Shown one piece after another: positions 1 through 12,700 of a stretch of 64,000 nucleotides of DNA. The stretch covers positions 108,624,001 through 108,688,000 of the forward strand of contig JANJGN010000012.1 of the NCBI GenBank assembly GCA_026770705.1. Direction: 5' to 3'. Position 1 is the stretch's first letter; each line of letters starts with the position of its first letter. Both the position numbers and the translations under genes were made by a program. This DNA comes from Isurus oxyrinchus. Taxonomy: Eukaryota. The notes under the pieces are model-generated. The model made no database searches. It was not told the origin of the DNA and was given only the letters and a program-made list of their open reading frames with translations.

Positions 1-1154
1 CACCAAGAGAAGTGTAGTATTGGACAGAGCCCTGTGTAGAAGCAAGTATGGAGATAGCTCCTAGCTTGGATCTTTACCGTACCAATGTATATAGTTTCTA
101 GTCATTAATAAATACTGTTAAACTACTGAGGACTACAAACATCTTAATAAGACCTACTGAACTACAATATGGTGGTGGCGAATGGAACAATTGAAAGCCT
201 TGAAGAGGCTGCAAAAGAAAACTAAAGTCCTGAAAAACTGAAGGAAAAATGAAAGAAGCATTCTGACCTGAAAAAAGGCTTTAGAAGCAAAGGTACAGAA
301 GGAAATCACCAGAGAAAAGTTCCAAAGAAAGGCTTGGGAGTTGAAAGCAGGAAATAAATTCCTCACCTCAGCAGAAGAAGCCATTGGACCCTGTGAAAGT
401 CCAGCTACAAGACCCAGAGTGTGCTGAGTCAGCAGACCTAGCAGGGGTGAGCTAGAAATTTAAAATTCCTGGACAGAAAGTTAAATACTGCAGAGGCCAG
501 AAATTACAGTCCGAGAAATCAGATTCCCGAGCCGGTGCCTGAACACGAGGTGGCTGAGCTTGCTCCGAGCAAAGGAAAAAATTAATTAAAAACTGATTGC
601 AATCATGTAGGCAACATTAAAAACCCAGCTAAAGCCGGGATTTGACGCTTCCAAGACCTGAGAACATTGGGTTAAAGCAGAGAAGACTCAAGCCAGTTGA
701 TCCAGGCAACCATTGCTGAAAAAATTTAAATGCTGAGATCATGAACACCATTACTGTGGGAGCCCACCAAAGTCACCAAGCACCGGAAAACCCTTTGTGA
801 AGAAGCATGTAACAGCGCCTTTTTGGATTTTATGAAACATCTTAAAGCTGAACCTGCAATTTAAAAATTTTAACCATGGATCAGAAATCCACTCTTTCAG
901 ACCAGTTTGGGCTTATGCAAGGGCCAAACCTGACATAAAATTGGGTCTCCTGGAGAAGAACATTTTCAAATTACATTAGGTTTAGGTAGGAACTCAGAAG
1001 AAGTCAAGACTAATACGCTTTATACTCATTCAATAAATTTGCTGATGAGGTAATGCATTAGTGAAGACTCAACCAGCTTCGATGAAACATGACAAGCCTT
1101 CGACAAATACTTTAACCTTCAAGTTGTGAAGCCTGCAGAGCTTAAAAAGAGGGA

Positions 1155-3638
1155 TAGAAACATAGAAACTAGGAGCAGGAGTAGGCCATTCAGCCCTTCA
1201 AGCCCGCTCCACTATTCATTATGATCATGGCTGATCATCCAACTCAATAGCCTGCTCCTGCTTTCTCCCCATATTCTTTGATCCCTTTTACCCCAAGAGC
1301 GATAGCTAACTCCTTCTTGAAAATATACGATGTTTTGGCCTCTACTACTTTCTGTGATAGTGAATTCCACTCTCTGGGTGAAGAAATTTCTCCTCATCTC
1401 AGTCCTAAATGGTCTACCCAGTATCCTCAGACTGTGACCCCTGGTTCTGGACTCCCCCACCATCGGGAACATCCTTCCTGCATCTACGCTATCCAGTCCT
1501 GTTAGAATTTTATAGGTTTCTATGAGATCCCCCCTCATTCTTCTGAACTCCAGCGAATATAATCCTAACCGACTTAATCTCTCCTCATATGTCAGTCCCG
1601 CCATCCCAGGAATCAGTATGGTAAACATTCACTGCACTCCCTCTATAGCAAGAACATCCTTCCGCAGATAAGGAGACCAAAACTGCACACGTTATTCCAG
1701 GTCTCACCAAGGCCCTGTATAATTGCAGAAAGACATCCCTGCTCCTGCACGCAAATCCTCTGGCTATGAAGGCCAACATACCATTTACCTTCTTTACCGC
1801 CTGCTGCACCTGCATGCTTACCTTCAGCGACTGGTGTACGAGGACACCCAGGTCTCGTTGCACATTCTCCTCTCTCAATTTATAGCCATTCAGATAATAA
1901 TCTGCCTTCCTGTTTTTGCTACCAAAGTGGATAACCTCACATTTATCCACATTATACTGCATCTGCCATGCATTTGCCCATTCACTCAGCTTGTCCAAAT
2001 CACAGCTCACCCTCCCACCCAGCTTTGTGTCATCTGCAAATTTGGAGATACTACATTTGGTTCCCTCATCTAAATCATTAATATATATTGTGAATAGCTG
2101 GGGTCCCAGCACCAATCCCTGTGGTACCCTACTAGTCACTGCCTGCCATTCAGAAAAAGACCCATTTATTCCTACTCTTTGTTTCCTGTCTGCCAACTAG
2201 TTTTCTATCCATCTCAACAAACTGCCCCCAATCCCATGCGCTTTAATTTTACGCACTAATCTCTTATGTGGGACTTTGTCAAAAGCCTTCTGAAAGTCCA
2301 AATTAACCACATCCACTGGCTCTCTCTCATCAACTCCACTAGTTACAATCTCGAAAAATTCGAGTAGATATGTCAAGCATGATTTCCCTTTCATAAATCC
2401 ATGCTGACTCTGTCCAATTCTGCCACTGTTTTCCAAGTGCTCAGCTATTAAATCTTTTATAATGGACTCTAGAATTTCCCCCCCCACCAGGCTGACTGGT
2501 CTATAATTACCTGTTTTCTCTCTACCTCCCTTTTTAAATAGTGGGGTTACATTAGCTACCTTCCAATCTGTAGGAACTGTTCCAGAGTCTATAGAATCTC
2601 AGAAGATGATCACCAATGCAGCCATTATTTCTAGGGCCGCTTCCTTAAATGCTCTGGGATGTAGATTATCGGGCCCTGGGGATTTATCAGCCTTCAATCC
2701 CGTCAATTTCCCCAACACCATTTCCCTACTAATACTGATTTCTTTCAATCCCTCCCTCTCACTAAACCCTGAGTTCCCCAACATTTCTGATACATTATTA
2801 GTGTCCTCCTTTGTGAAGACAGAACCAAAGTATGTATTTAGTTGGTCAGCCATTTCTTTGTCCCCATTATAAATTCCCCTGTTTCTGACTGTAAGGGACC
2901 TACATTTGTCTTCACCAATCTTTTCCTCTTCACATTCCTATAGAAACTTTTACAGCCAGTTTTTATGTTCCCTACAAGCTTACTCTTGTACTCTATTTTC
3001 CCCTTCTTAATCAATCACTTGGTCCTCCTTTGCTGAAATCTAGAGTGCTCCCAATGCTCAGTTCTGTTGTTTTTTCTGGCCAATTTGTATGCCTCTTCCT
3101 TGGATCTAACACTATCTCTAATTTCCCTTGTGAGCCATGGTTTGGCCACCTTTCCTGTTTTAGTTTTGCGCCAGACAGGAATAAACAGTTAACAAAACAA
3201 AAACAGAATTACCTGGAAAAACTCAGCAGGTCTGGCAGCATTGGCGGAGAAGAAAAGAGTTGACGTTTCGAGTCCTCATGACCCTTCGACAGAACTTGAT
3301 TTCGAGTCCAAGAAAGAGTTGAAATAAGAATAAACAGTTGTTGCAGTTCACCTATGTACTATTTGAATGTTTGCCATTGCCTATCCACCGTCATTCCTTT
3401 AAGTAACGTTTCCCAATCCATCATAGCCAACTTGCGCCTCATACCACTGTAGTTTCCTTTATCAAGATTCAGGACCCTCGTCTCAGAATCAAATACGTCA
3501 CTCTCCATCTTGATGAAGAATTCTATCATATTGTGGTCGCTAATCCCCATGGGGCCTCACACAACTAGATTGTCAATTATTCCTTTCTCATTACACAATA
3601 CCCAGTCTAGGATGGCCTGTTCTCTATATGGTTCCTCA
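1155..3638 (-). mobile_element. CR1 LINE, 5'-truncated, inserted in LTR copy 1
   Basis: RT motifs DFQKAFDKVPH, VPQGLVLGPQLF, KFADDTK, YEERLSRLGLYSLEFRRMRGDLIE; short repeat 3' tail near 1155. Confidence 0.95.
3191..3327 (-). mobile_element. Short Penelope pLTR-derived element with hammerhead-like motif
   Basis: 12-bp TSD GAATAAACAGTT (3179-3190 / 3328-3339); minus strand agttCTGTCGAagggtcatgaggactcGAAACGTCaact. Confidence 0.75.
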
Positions 3639-3918
3639 ACAAAAGGGCAAAAAAAACTACTCAAGCAAACCACACGAGGGCACCAAAATGCCAACACATT
3701 TCCTGCACTGCAACAGCAGGTGGCAGTGCTGAGCCAGGTATAGGTCTGGAACAAATTAAGACTTTGCCAGAGCAGATCTGACTAACACTGAAATCGAAGT
3801 GAACGACAAGGAAAAACCTCTGCGGCAGGCAAAGAAAGAAAAGGCAGAAGTAAGATCGGAAAATGTTTATATCAAAGCTGAACTTGAAGATTTGAAACAC
3901 AAGATTCAAGCTGACTAT

Positions 3919-4132
3919 TTCGATTCCTTCACCCCACCCCACCCCCACTAGAGCTATCTGTTCCTTGCTTGTCCTGCTTTCTACCCTTAATTAGCACATT
4001 CCTTAGATAATATCACCACCTTCAACACCTCTTTTCTATTTTTACATGTTGAAGAGTCATACGGACTCGAAACGTTAACTTGTTCCCCTCCGCAGATGCT
4101 GCCAGACCTGCTGAGTTTTTCCAGGTATTTTT
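3919..4132 (+). mobile_element. Short Penelope pLTR-derived element
   Basis: 15-bp TSD ATTCAAGCTGACTAT (3904-3918 / 4133-4147); gaagagtcatacggactcgaaacgttaac. Confidence 0.78.
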
Positions 4133-4249
4133 ATTCAAGCTGACTATGTATCTTTGGAAACACATGATAAACTAAAGTCTTCAATGAACCAAACTTTTCA
4201 AGATCTGAACAATTTTCTGAGATGTCACAAAGGCTCAAGGAGGCTTCGA

Positions 4250-4720
4250 AAGAGACAGAAAGGTTGGGAAAGAATTGCTGATGTATCTGAACAGTTGCTT
4301 GAAAAGCAGAATTAACAACCAAAACCTTTTTAAATTCTTGAACTTAGATCCCGTCAGAACAACATGTAGGATGAGATGCGCAGTATTGAAGAACAAATCC
4401 AGATTTCAAAAGCAGATAAGGAAAATTCTAAGAAACAGATTGAAGGTCTAACGAAGGAATTGAAAGAGTCTAAGGAGCAGTCAGTGGCCATGGAAGACGC
4501 ATTCTCAAAGGAACCGAATGCCAAGGAAAAGCTGCTAAGCTTATATAAGAGATCCGCAGATAACCCTGAAACAAAGATAACCTAACTTACCCGAGTAGTT
4601 GTGGAGCTGAATGAAAAGACTCTTAAGCTCAAAAAACAACTGGAAAATAAGAGAGTAAGCAAAGGTTTGGGTACAGTCGTGAAACAAGTGGAAATGAAGG
4701 TTCCATTTTTGAAATGTCAA
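4250..4720 (+). pseudogene. TPR: Captured TPR fragment in LTR copy 1
   Basis: MRSIEEQIQISK..LTKELKESKEQSVAMED..LLSLYKRSADN..; KQLENKRVSKGLGTVVKQVEMKVPFLKCQ (TPR [27 protein letters not shown]). Confidence 0.75.
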
Positions 4721-7458
4721 TCCCAACATCCATTGCACTGAACCGCACGAAGAAAGAAAAGGAAAACACATTGTATGGATGAGCTGAGAGTTCATTCTCC
4801 TGTAGAGAACAAGATAAACGAATGACCATCCATAACCAGAAAACAGGGAATCAACAAAGAGTGATACAATGCCAAGGAATGGTGAAAGAAGATGCCAGAA
4901 CACCCTCCAATTCAACCAAGTTTACCTGTAGCGATAGAGCTTACCACTCCTCTGAAAGTAGTGAGAAGATATGGGAGGATCATAAGGCCTCCAGACCGCC
5001 TGAACCCATGAACTCAGAAACTTGAGGGGACAGATGGGGTGGTAGTAATGATAATAATAAATACATGGGGCAAACTGGGATGATTTGTAATTACATCGGA
5101 TAAAGAATTGAGGGGAGGTGTTTTTTTTTAACTCATTCACGGGATGTGGGCTTCGCTGGCTGGGCCAGCATTTATTGCCCATCCCTAGTTGTCCTTGAGA
5201 AGGTGGTGGTGAGTTGCCTTCTTAAACCGCTGTAGTCCATGTGGTGTAGGTAAACCCACAGTGCTGTTAGTGAGGGAGTTCCAGAATTTTGACCCAGCGA
5301 CAGTGAAGGAACGGTGATATATTTCCAAGTCAGGATGGTGAGTGACTTGGAGGGGAACTTCCAGGTGGTGGTGTTCTCTTCTATCTGCTGCCCTTGTCCT
5401 TCTAGATGGTAGTGGTCATGGGTTTGGAAGTTGTTGCCTAAGGAGCCTTGGTGAATTCCTGCAGTGCATCTTGTAGATGGTGCACACTGCTGCTACTATG
5501 CATTGGTGGCAGAGGGAGTGAATGTTTGTGGATGTGGTGCCATTTAAGTGGGCTGCTTTGTCCTGGATGGTGTCAAGCTTCTTGAGTGTTGTGGGAGCTG
5601 CACTCATCCAGGCAAGTGGAGAGTATTCCAACACACTCCTGACTTGTGCCTTGTGGTTGGTGGACAGGCTTTGGGGAGTCAGGAAGTGAGTTACCCATCA
5701 CAGGATTCTGCCTCTAACTTGCTCTTGTAGCCACAGTATTTATAGGGCTAATCCAGTTCAGTTTCCGGTCAATGGTAATCCCTAGAATGTTGATAGTGGG
5801 GGATTCAGTGATGGTAATGCCATTAAATGTCAAGGGGCAATGATTAGCTTCTCTCTTGTTGGAGATGGTCATTGCCTGCCACTTGTGTGATGTGAATGTT
5901 ACTTGCCACTTGTCAGCCGATGCCTGGATATTATCCAGGTCTTGCTGCATTTGGACATGCTTGGACATGGACTGCTTCAGTATTTGAGGAATCTCGAATG
6001 GTGCTGAACACTGTGCAAACATCAGCTAACATGCCCTCTTCTGACCTTATGATGGAAGGACTGTCATTGATGAGGCAGCTGAAGAGCGTTGGGTCCAGGA
6101 CTCTACCTTGAGGAATTCCTGCAATGATGTCCTGGAGCTGAGATGACTGACCTCCAACAACCAAATCCATCTTCCTTTATGCTATGTATGACTCTAACCA
6201 GTGGAAAGTTTTCCCCCGATTCCCATTGACTCCAGTTTTGCTAGGGCTCCTTGATGCCACACTCAGTCAAATCTGGCCTTGATATCAAGGGCAGTCAATC
6301 CCACCTCACCTTGGGAGTTCAGCTCTTTTGCCCCTGTTTGAACTAAGGCTGTAATGAGGTCAGGAGCCGAGTGGCCCTGGTGGAACCCAAACTGGGCGTC
6401 AGTGAGCAGGTTATTGCTAAGCAAGTGCTGCTTGATAGCACTGTTGATGACCCCTTCATTACTTTACTGATGATCAAGAGTCAACTGATAGGGTGGTAAT
6501 TTGCTGGGTTGGATTTGTCCTGTTTATTGTGGACAGGACATACCTGGGCAATTTTCACATAGCCAGTTGCAGCTGTACTGGAACAGCTTGGCTAGGGGTG
6601 CAGCAAGTTCTGGAGCACAAGTCTTCAGAACTATAGCTGAATATTGTCAGGGCCCATAGCCTTTGCACTATCCAGTGCCTTCAGCCATTTCCTGATATCA
6701 TGTGAAGTGAACCGAATTGACAGAAGATTGGCATCTGTGATGATGGGGACCTTCAGAGGCTGAGATGGATCATCCATTCGACACTTCTGGCTGGAGATTG
6801 TAGCAAATGCTTCAGCCTTATCTTTTGCACTGATGTGCTGGGCTCCCCCAACATTGAGGATGGGGAGATTTGGGGAGCCTCCGCCTCAAATGAGCTGTTT
6901 AATTGTCAACCACCATTCATGATTGGATGTGGCAGGACTGCAGAGCTTAGTCTGGGTCAATGCCCAGAATGCAACCTACAGTGAGAAAAAGACCTGGACA
7001 GTGCACTGCCACTGGCAAATCTTAAACATTTTTTAGCTGTGCATTTTTCTTGGTACATGGCGTTGTTCGGAGAATATTTACATGGGCTGTTCCACTCTAA
7101 TCATCAGCCCAGGCTAGGGGGTAGCTCTCATTGGTTGTGGGATCGCTTAGCTCTGTCTGTCACTTGCTGCTTTATTGTTCGACACGAAAGTAGTCCTGTG
7201 CTGTAGCTTCACCAGGTTGACACTTCTTTTTTAGGTATGCCTGGTGCTGCTCCTGATATGCCCTCCAGCACTCTACATTGAACCAGGGTTGATCCCCTGG
7301 CCTAATGGTAATGGTAGAGTGGGGGATATGCTGGGCCATGAGGTTACAGATTGTGTTCGAGAACAATCGTGCTGCTACTGATATTCCACAGTGCCTCATG
7401 GATACCCAGTCTTGAGTTGCTAGATCTGTTTGAATTCTATCCCATTTAAAATGGTGGT

Positions 7459-8403
7459 ACATAAGAACAAGGAGCAGGAATAGGCAATTCAGCTTCTTGA
7501 GCCTGCCCTGCATTTCAATACGATCATGGCTGATCTCATTTCGGCCTCAACTCCAATTTCCCTCCCTCTTCCCATAACCTTTCAACCCGTTACTAATTAA
7601 AAATCTGCCTATCGCCTCCTTAAATTCGTTAAGCGTCCCGGCATACACTGCACTCTGAGGTTGTGAATTCCACAGATTCACGGCCTTTGAGAAAAGTCAT
7701 TCCTCCTCATCTCTGATTTAAATCTACCACCACTTAGCCAAAACTATGGCCTCTCATTCTACAATGTCCCATAAGGGGAAACATCTGCTCCACGTCTACT
7801 CTGTCTATCCCCTTTAGCGTCTTATATGCCTCAATTAGATCTCCTCTCATCCTTCTAAACTCTAGTGAGTATAGGCCTAAACTGCTCAATCTCTCCTCAT
7901 AAGACAAGCCCCGCATCTCTGGAATCAATCTAGTGAACCTCCTCTGAACCACCTCCAATGCAACTACATCCTTCCTCAAGTAAGAGGACCAAAACTGTGC
8001 ACAGTCTCCAGGTGCGGTCTCACGAATGCCTTGGACAGTTGCAACACTTCCCTATTTTTATACTCTATTCCTTTAGCAATAAATGCCAAAATTCCATTTG
8101 CCTTCCTTATTACCTGCTGTACCTGTATACTAGTTTTCAGCGATTCATGCACAAGGACACCCAGATCCCTCCGCACTGAAAGATTCTGAAGTTTCTCTCC
8201 ATTTAAATAATAAGTCGCCTTTTTATTCTTCCAACCAAAATGGATAGCCTCACACTTATCCATGTTAAACTCCATCTGCCAAATTTTGGCCCATTCACCT
8301 AACCTGTCCATATCCATTTGTAAATTTCATATTTCTTCATTACTTACTTACTATTTTGGTGTCATCTGCAAATTTAGCTATAGCACCTTCTATCCCTGAA
8401 TCC
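7459..8403 (-). mobile_element. CR1 LINE 3' fragment nested in the HER1-like LINE
   Basis: KFADDTK, YEERLSSLGLYSLEFRRMRGDL; same subfamily as 25452-26602. Confidence 0.92.
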
Positions 8404-9146
8404 AGGTAGTACCACACAACATGGTGGAAAATATCCTCATGTGAAGGCAGGAGGACTTCGTCTCCACACGACTGTGCGATGGTCACTCCTACCGATACTG
8501 TCATGGACAGATGCATCTGCAGCAGGCAGGTTGGTGAGGATGAGGTCAAGTTTTTTCCTCTTATTGGTTTCCTCACCGCCAGCCGCAGACCCAGTCTAGC
8601 AGCTATGTTGTTTAGGGCTCGGCCAGTAGTGGTGCTACCGAGCCACTCTTGGTGATGGACATTGAAGTCCCCCACCCAGAGTACATTCTGCGTCCTTGCC
8701 ACCGTCAGTGCTTCCTCCAAGTGGTGCTCAACATGGAGGATACTGATTCATCAGCTGAGGGAGGGCAGTACATGGTAATCAGCAGGAGGTTTCCTTGCCC
8801 ATGTTTGATCTGATGCCATGAAACTTCTTGGGGTCCTGAGTCATGTTGAGGACTTCCAGGGCAACTCCCTCCCAACTGTATACCACTGTGCTGCCAACTC
8901 TGCATCTGCAGAAGGACATACCCAGGGATAGGGATGGTGGTGTTATCTGTAAGGTATGATTCCATGAGTATGACTATGTCAGGCTGTTGTTTGAATAGTC
9001 TGTGAAACAGCTCTTGCAATTTTGGCAAAAGCTCCCAGACGTTAGTAAGGAGAACTCTGCAGGGCCGATAGGGCTGAATTTGCCATTGTCATTTGCCAGT
9101 GTTTAGGTCAATGCCAGGTGGTCCATCCAGTTTCATTCTTTTTTGA

Positions 9147-9279
9147 TAAAAACAAAGAAAACTGCGGATGCTGGAAATCCAAAACAAAAACAGAATTACC
9201 TGGAAAAACTCAGCAGGTCTGGCATTCTCCGCCGATGCTGCCAGACCTGCTGAGTTTTTCCAGGTAATTCTGTTTTTGT
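9147..9279. mobile_element. Fold-back Penelope-derived mini-insertion
   Basis: ~45-bp inverted repeat of aaaacaaaaacagaattacctggaaaaactcagcaggtctggca, flanked by duplicated tttcattc(t)nga. Confidence 0.75.
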
Positions 9280-9839
9280 TTTCATTCTTTTTTGAGCCTT
9301 TGTAGCAGTTTTACACAACTGAGTGGCTTGCTAGGCATTTAAGAGTCAACTACATTGCTGTGGGGCTGCAGTCGCATGTGGAAAAGCAGATTTCTGGCTT
9401 TAACAACAATCATTAGACTTTTAGAATTCAAATTCCACTTCTGCTGTGGCAGAGCATTACCCTGGATCTCTGGATTACTAGTCCAGCGACAATACCACTA
9501 CATTATTGTTTCCTTGTGTCGTCTAAGATTCTGGCATATAAAAGGTTAACGTGGGAGTGAGTACAGTACCACTCCACCCCCCTACCCTCCAGAGTGATAT
9601 AAGAGAACACATGACCTGCACCTAGGAATCAGTGTAGTGTTGGACCGAGCTGTAAATAGAAGCAACCATGGAGACAGCGCCTAGTTTGGACCTTTACTGT
9701 ACCTATGTATATCGCTTGTAGTAGTTAATAAATACTTACTGTTGAGCTACCTAAGACCAGGAGTACCTTAATAAGACTTATAAAACTATGCCCAACATCT
9801 TACAACAAAACCCATATTACCTTCCATAACAGAGGAAAT

Positions 9840-10140
9840 TCATCACTTTTGGACAATGCAACTTGGACAATCAACAGTCCACGAGAGTTTCTTTTACGTG
9901 TTTTAATGCAGCAAGAGCAACAAAGAAATATTTTTCAGTTGCAAGATGAGGCAATGTGACAACGAAGACTTGGTCCTGTGAATATCCTGGGGAAGTGCTG
10001 TGCAATATTTTCTTATGGCTTTGGTTACACATCATTTCATTCATTTTGATGTCAAAAAAGCTGTGAAAATGCCAAATGCAGAATTGTTCATCGGAATGGA
10101 ATACAAATCTTGTGTACATTTTTCTACTGTGGAAACTGCA
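9840..10140 (-). pseudogene. Possible ancient hAT/Charlie transposase C-terminal remnant
   Basis: Frameshifted pieces VALAALK / IKTRKRN..QVALSK resemble the end of the hAT dimerisation domain; very degraded. Confidence 0.3.
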
Positions 10141-11799
10141 CACTGCTTAAGATACACATTTATTGGTGAGCACATGTGTATTTTCAAACTGAACTTTAAT
10201 TTTGAGGAGTCGGTCACACTGAAAGTCAGTAAGAAGTCAAACAGAATTAATCAGGCCTCAGCATTGTTCAGTTTGGATGATAGCGACGAGAAAGCTTAAC
10301 TTTACATGGCACATTGTGTCTGTTTCCAGAGATCTCAGCACCACTGCAGCAATAGTGATAATCCATGTAGAATTAATGGCTTTGATACAAATGAGATGGA
10401 AATCCTCAAAAGGCTAAAAGAGCTCAAAACAAATAACACTGCAGGGATGGATGGTATTTATCTCAAAGTATTAAAGCAGATAAGGCAGAAGATTTCTGAA
10501 ACACTGAAGGTCATTATGAGGGAGTTGAACATGGAGGAGCTACCAGTGGTTTGGAAACAGGCTGATATGCTGCCTGTTTTCAAAAGGGGCAGAAAAATAG
10601 TCTTATTTTAACCTGTATAAATTAATGGAATCAACTATAGAAGTGAACATGAAGGTCATCTCCACAAGAACTGCATCTAGCATGGATTCAAAGAGGAATA
10701 TCCTGACTTATTTGAACCTATGACATCTCAAGTAGACAATGTGATGTCCCTTGAACTCCAAAAAGCATTTAACACATAAAAGGTTTTAAGTTAAGTTCAA
10801 AGTTGTGGGGATTCAGGGTAAATCTTTGGATTGGATAACAAAACATCTGCAGAATAGAAAACTGTAGAATAAGTGTCAAGCACATTTAGGGTTAACATGG
10901 GACTGAGTGCAGTACCGCCAAAATATGTGACCCGCACCTAGGGGGTCAGTCTAATATTGGACAGAGCTGTGTGTACTACCAAGCATGGAGACAACTCCTA
11001 GCCTGAACCCTTTATTGTATATATGTACATAGCTCTTGTAGTTAATAAATACATACAGCTAACCTACTTAAGACATTTCATTAAGCCCTACTGAATGATA
11101 TCCAACACCCGGCAACATGTTGTCAGGGAATGGAAAAACCCAAAACCTTGCAAAAAATGCAGAGAAAAACTAAAATCTTGCAAGGTTAAACAAAAATTCG
11201 AAGAAGTATTCTGACCTGAAGAAAAGCTCGAGAAGCAGATATGCAGAAAAAAAATCGCCAGGGAAAAGCTCCAAAGAGTGGCTTGGAAGCCGAAGGCAGA
11301 AATTGAAAATTCTTCACTACAGCAGAAGACTCCACAGGTTCCCTAGGAATCCAGCTTCAATTCCCAGAGTGCAGAGTCAGTAGACCCAGCAGGAGTGGGC
11401 TAAAACTTAAAAATTCCAGGATATAGGAAGAAACTTTTGAATAGCTCCATCAGAAATATCAGATTCCCGAGTCGGCGCCGAACACGTGGCATCCGAGCTC
11501 GCTCTGTAACGGAAAAAATAATTAATTTGTAAGAATTGTGACTAAAGAATCAGCTGTGAAGACCAGCAAAGGCCAGTATTCAATTCTTTCATGACGCTAA
11601 AGCGGAGAAGTCAGCAGCTAGTCGATCCAAGCTGCCATTGTTTAAAACAGTTTCAAGGCTGAGTGTGAGTGCTATTACAGCAGAAGCCCACCAAAACCCG
11701 CAAGCGTCTTCAAACGAATGGTGGCACCATCTTGGATGTCAGCAAATTCTTAAAGCTGAACCTAGACTTTAAAATTTTTTAACCGTGGATTAAAGTCCA

Positions 11800-12055
11800 A
11801 TTTACCAGATCAGTTTGGATTCATCCAAGGGCCAAACCTAATGGATAATTGGGAGTCCTGGAGAAGAGAATTTTTAAACTACCAGGATACATCAGGTCTA
11901 AGTAGAAAGTCAGGAAAGGTCCAGATTAATACCATTTTATACTGGTTTGGTGCACTTGCTGATGAAGTAATCCCAATGTAGTGCATTGATGAATCCTCAA
12001 CCAGCTTCGATGAAATATTAAAAGCCTTTGACAAATATTTTAACCTTCAAGTTGT
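11800..12055 (+). pseudogene. Gypsy gag N-terminal remnant
   Basis: LPDQFGFIQGPNLMDNWESWRREFLNYQDTSGLSRKSGKVQINTILYWFGALADEVI..SFDEILKAFDKYFN, a typical Mag/K02A2.6-like gag start. Confidence 0.75.
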
Positions 12056-12189
12056 GGAGCACACAGAATTTAAAAAGAGGCACAGAAAGCCCCCAGTAAA
12101 GTGCTGAAAGGAAAAAAAACAATACTCAAGTAAACCTCATAAGGGTGGCAGAGAGGCAGGGAACTTTCTGAAAGTCTCAGAAAGATATC

Positions 12190-12700
12190 TTTTTAGAAAT
12201 CCTGACACATTACTTGAACTGCAACAGGTGACAGTGTAGACCAAGCAGCTAGATGTATACTAAAAGCTAACTATTGAAACTCAAAATAAACAAACCCTGC
12301 AAACGGGAAATGAAATAAGGTTGGAAAGTGTTTCTATCAGAACTGAATTGGAAGGTTTGAAACTCAAGATTCAAGCTGAGAATATATCCTTGGAAATGCG
12401 TGAGGCATTGAAGTCATCAATGAATCAAACTGTTCAAGATCTGAACAAACACATTTTTGAGGTGCCACAGAGTTATAAGAAAGAGACTAAACAGCTGAAG
12501 AAAATGGTTAGACATTTGGAAGAAAACTTGGAAAAACATTACATTTCCAAGGAGATATATGAAGAGATGAAAATCAAAAACTTAGAATGGCAAGAGAAAG
12601 TAGAAGTTCTCACAAAAGAACGTGAGGAGTCTCAAAAACAATTAGCAAAAGCACAGTTACAGAATGCGATCTTGAACAATTGCACAGAGGAATTACTGAT
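12190..12700 (+). pseudogene. Captured UACA/RAI14/ANKRD24-family coiled-coil fragment inside LTR element
   Basis: ORF 12321-12761: KIQAENISLEMREALKSSMNQTVQDLNKHIFEVPQSYK..LEKHYISKEIYEEMK resembles the YxSxxxHExxKxSxN repeats of UACA/RAI14. Exact donor not determined. Confidence 0.55.

Larger units (their letters stand above)
5121..9515 (-). mobile_element. HER1-like CR1-clade LINE, near full length, with tRNA-derived HE1-like head
   Basis: EN (QQPDIVILMESYL, GDFNVHH) and RT (GIPQGRVL) remnants; 3' end gggatgggcaataaatgctggc; SINE-like head at ~9300-9515. Confidence 0.85.
1..9807 (+). mobile_element. Non-autonomous Gypsy-type LTR element copy 1 (gag remnant + captured host coiled-coils + pol tail), interrupted by LINEs
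   Basis: 5' LTR end 1-169, PBS-like tggtggtggcg at 170, gag core ~885-1125, host-like inserts ~3680-4720, pol tail YGRIIRPPDRLNP* ~4945-5010, PPT gaggggagg ~5110, 3' LTR ~9518-9807 ending acaaca. Collinear with copy 2. Confidence 0.8.
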
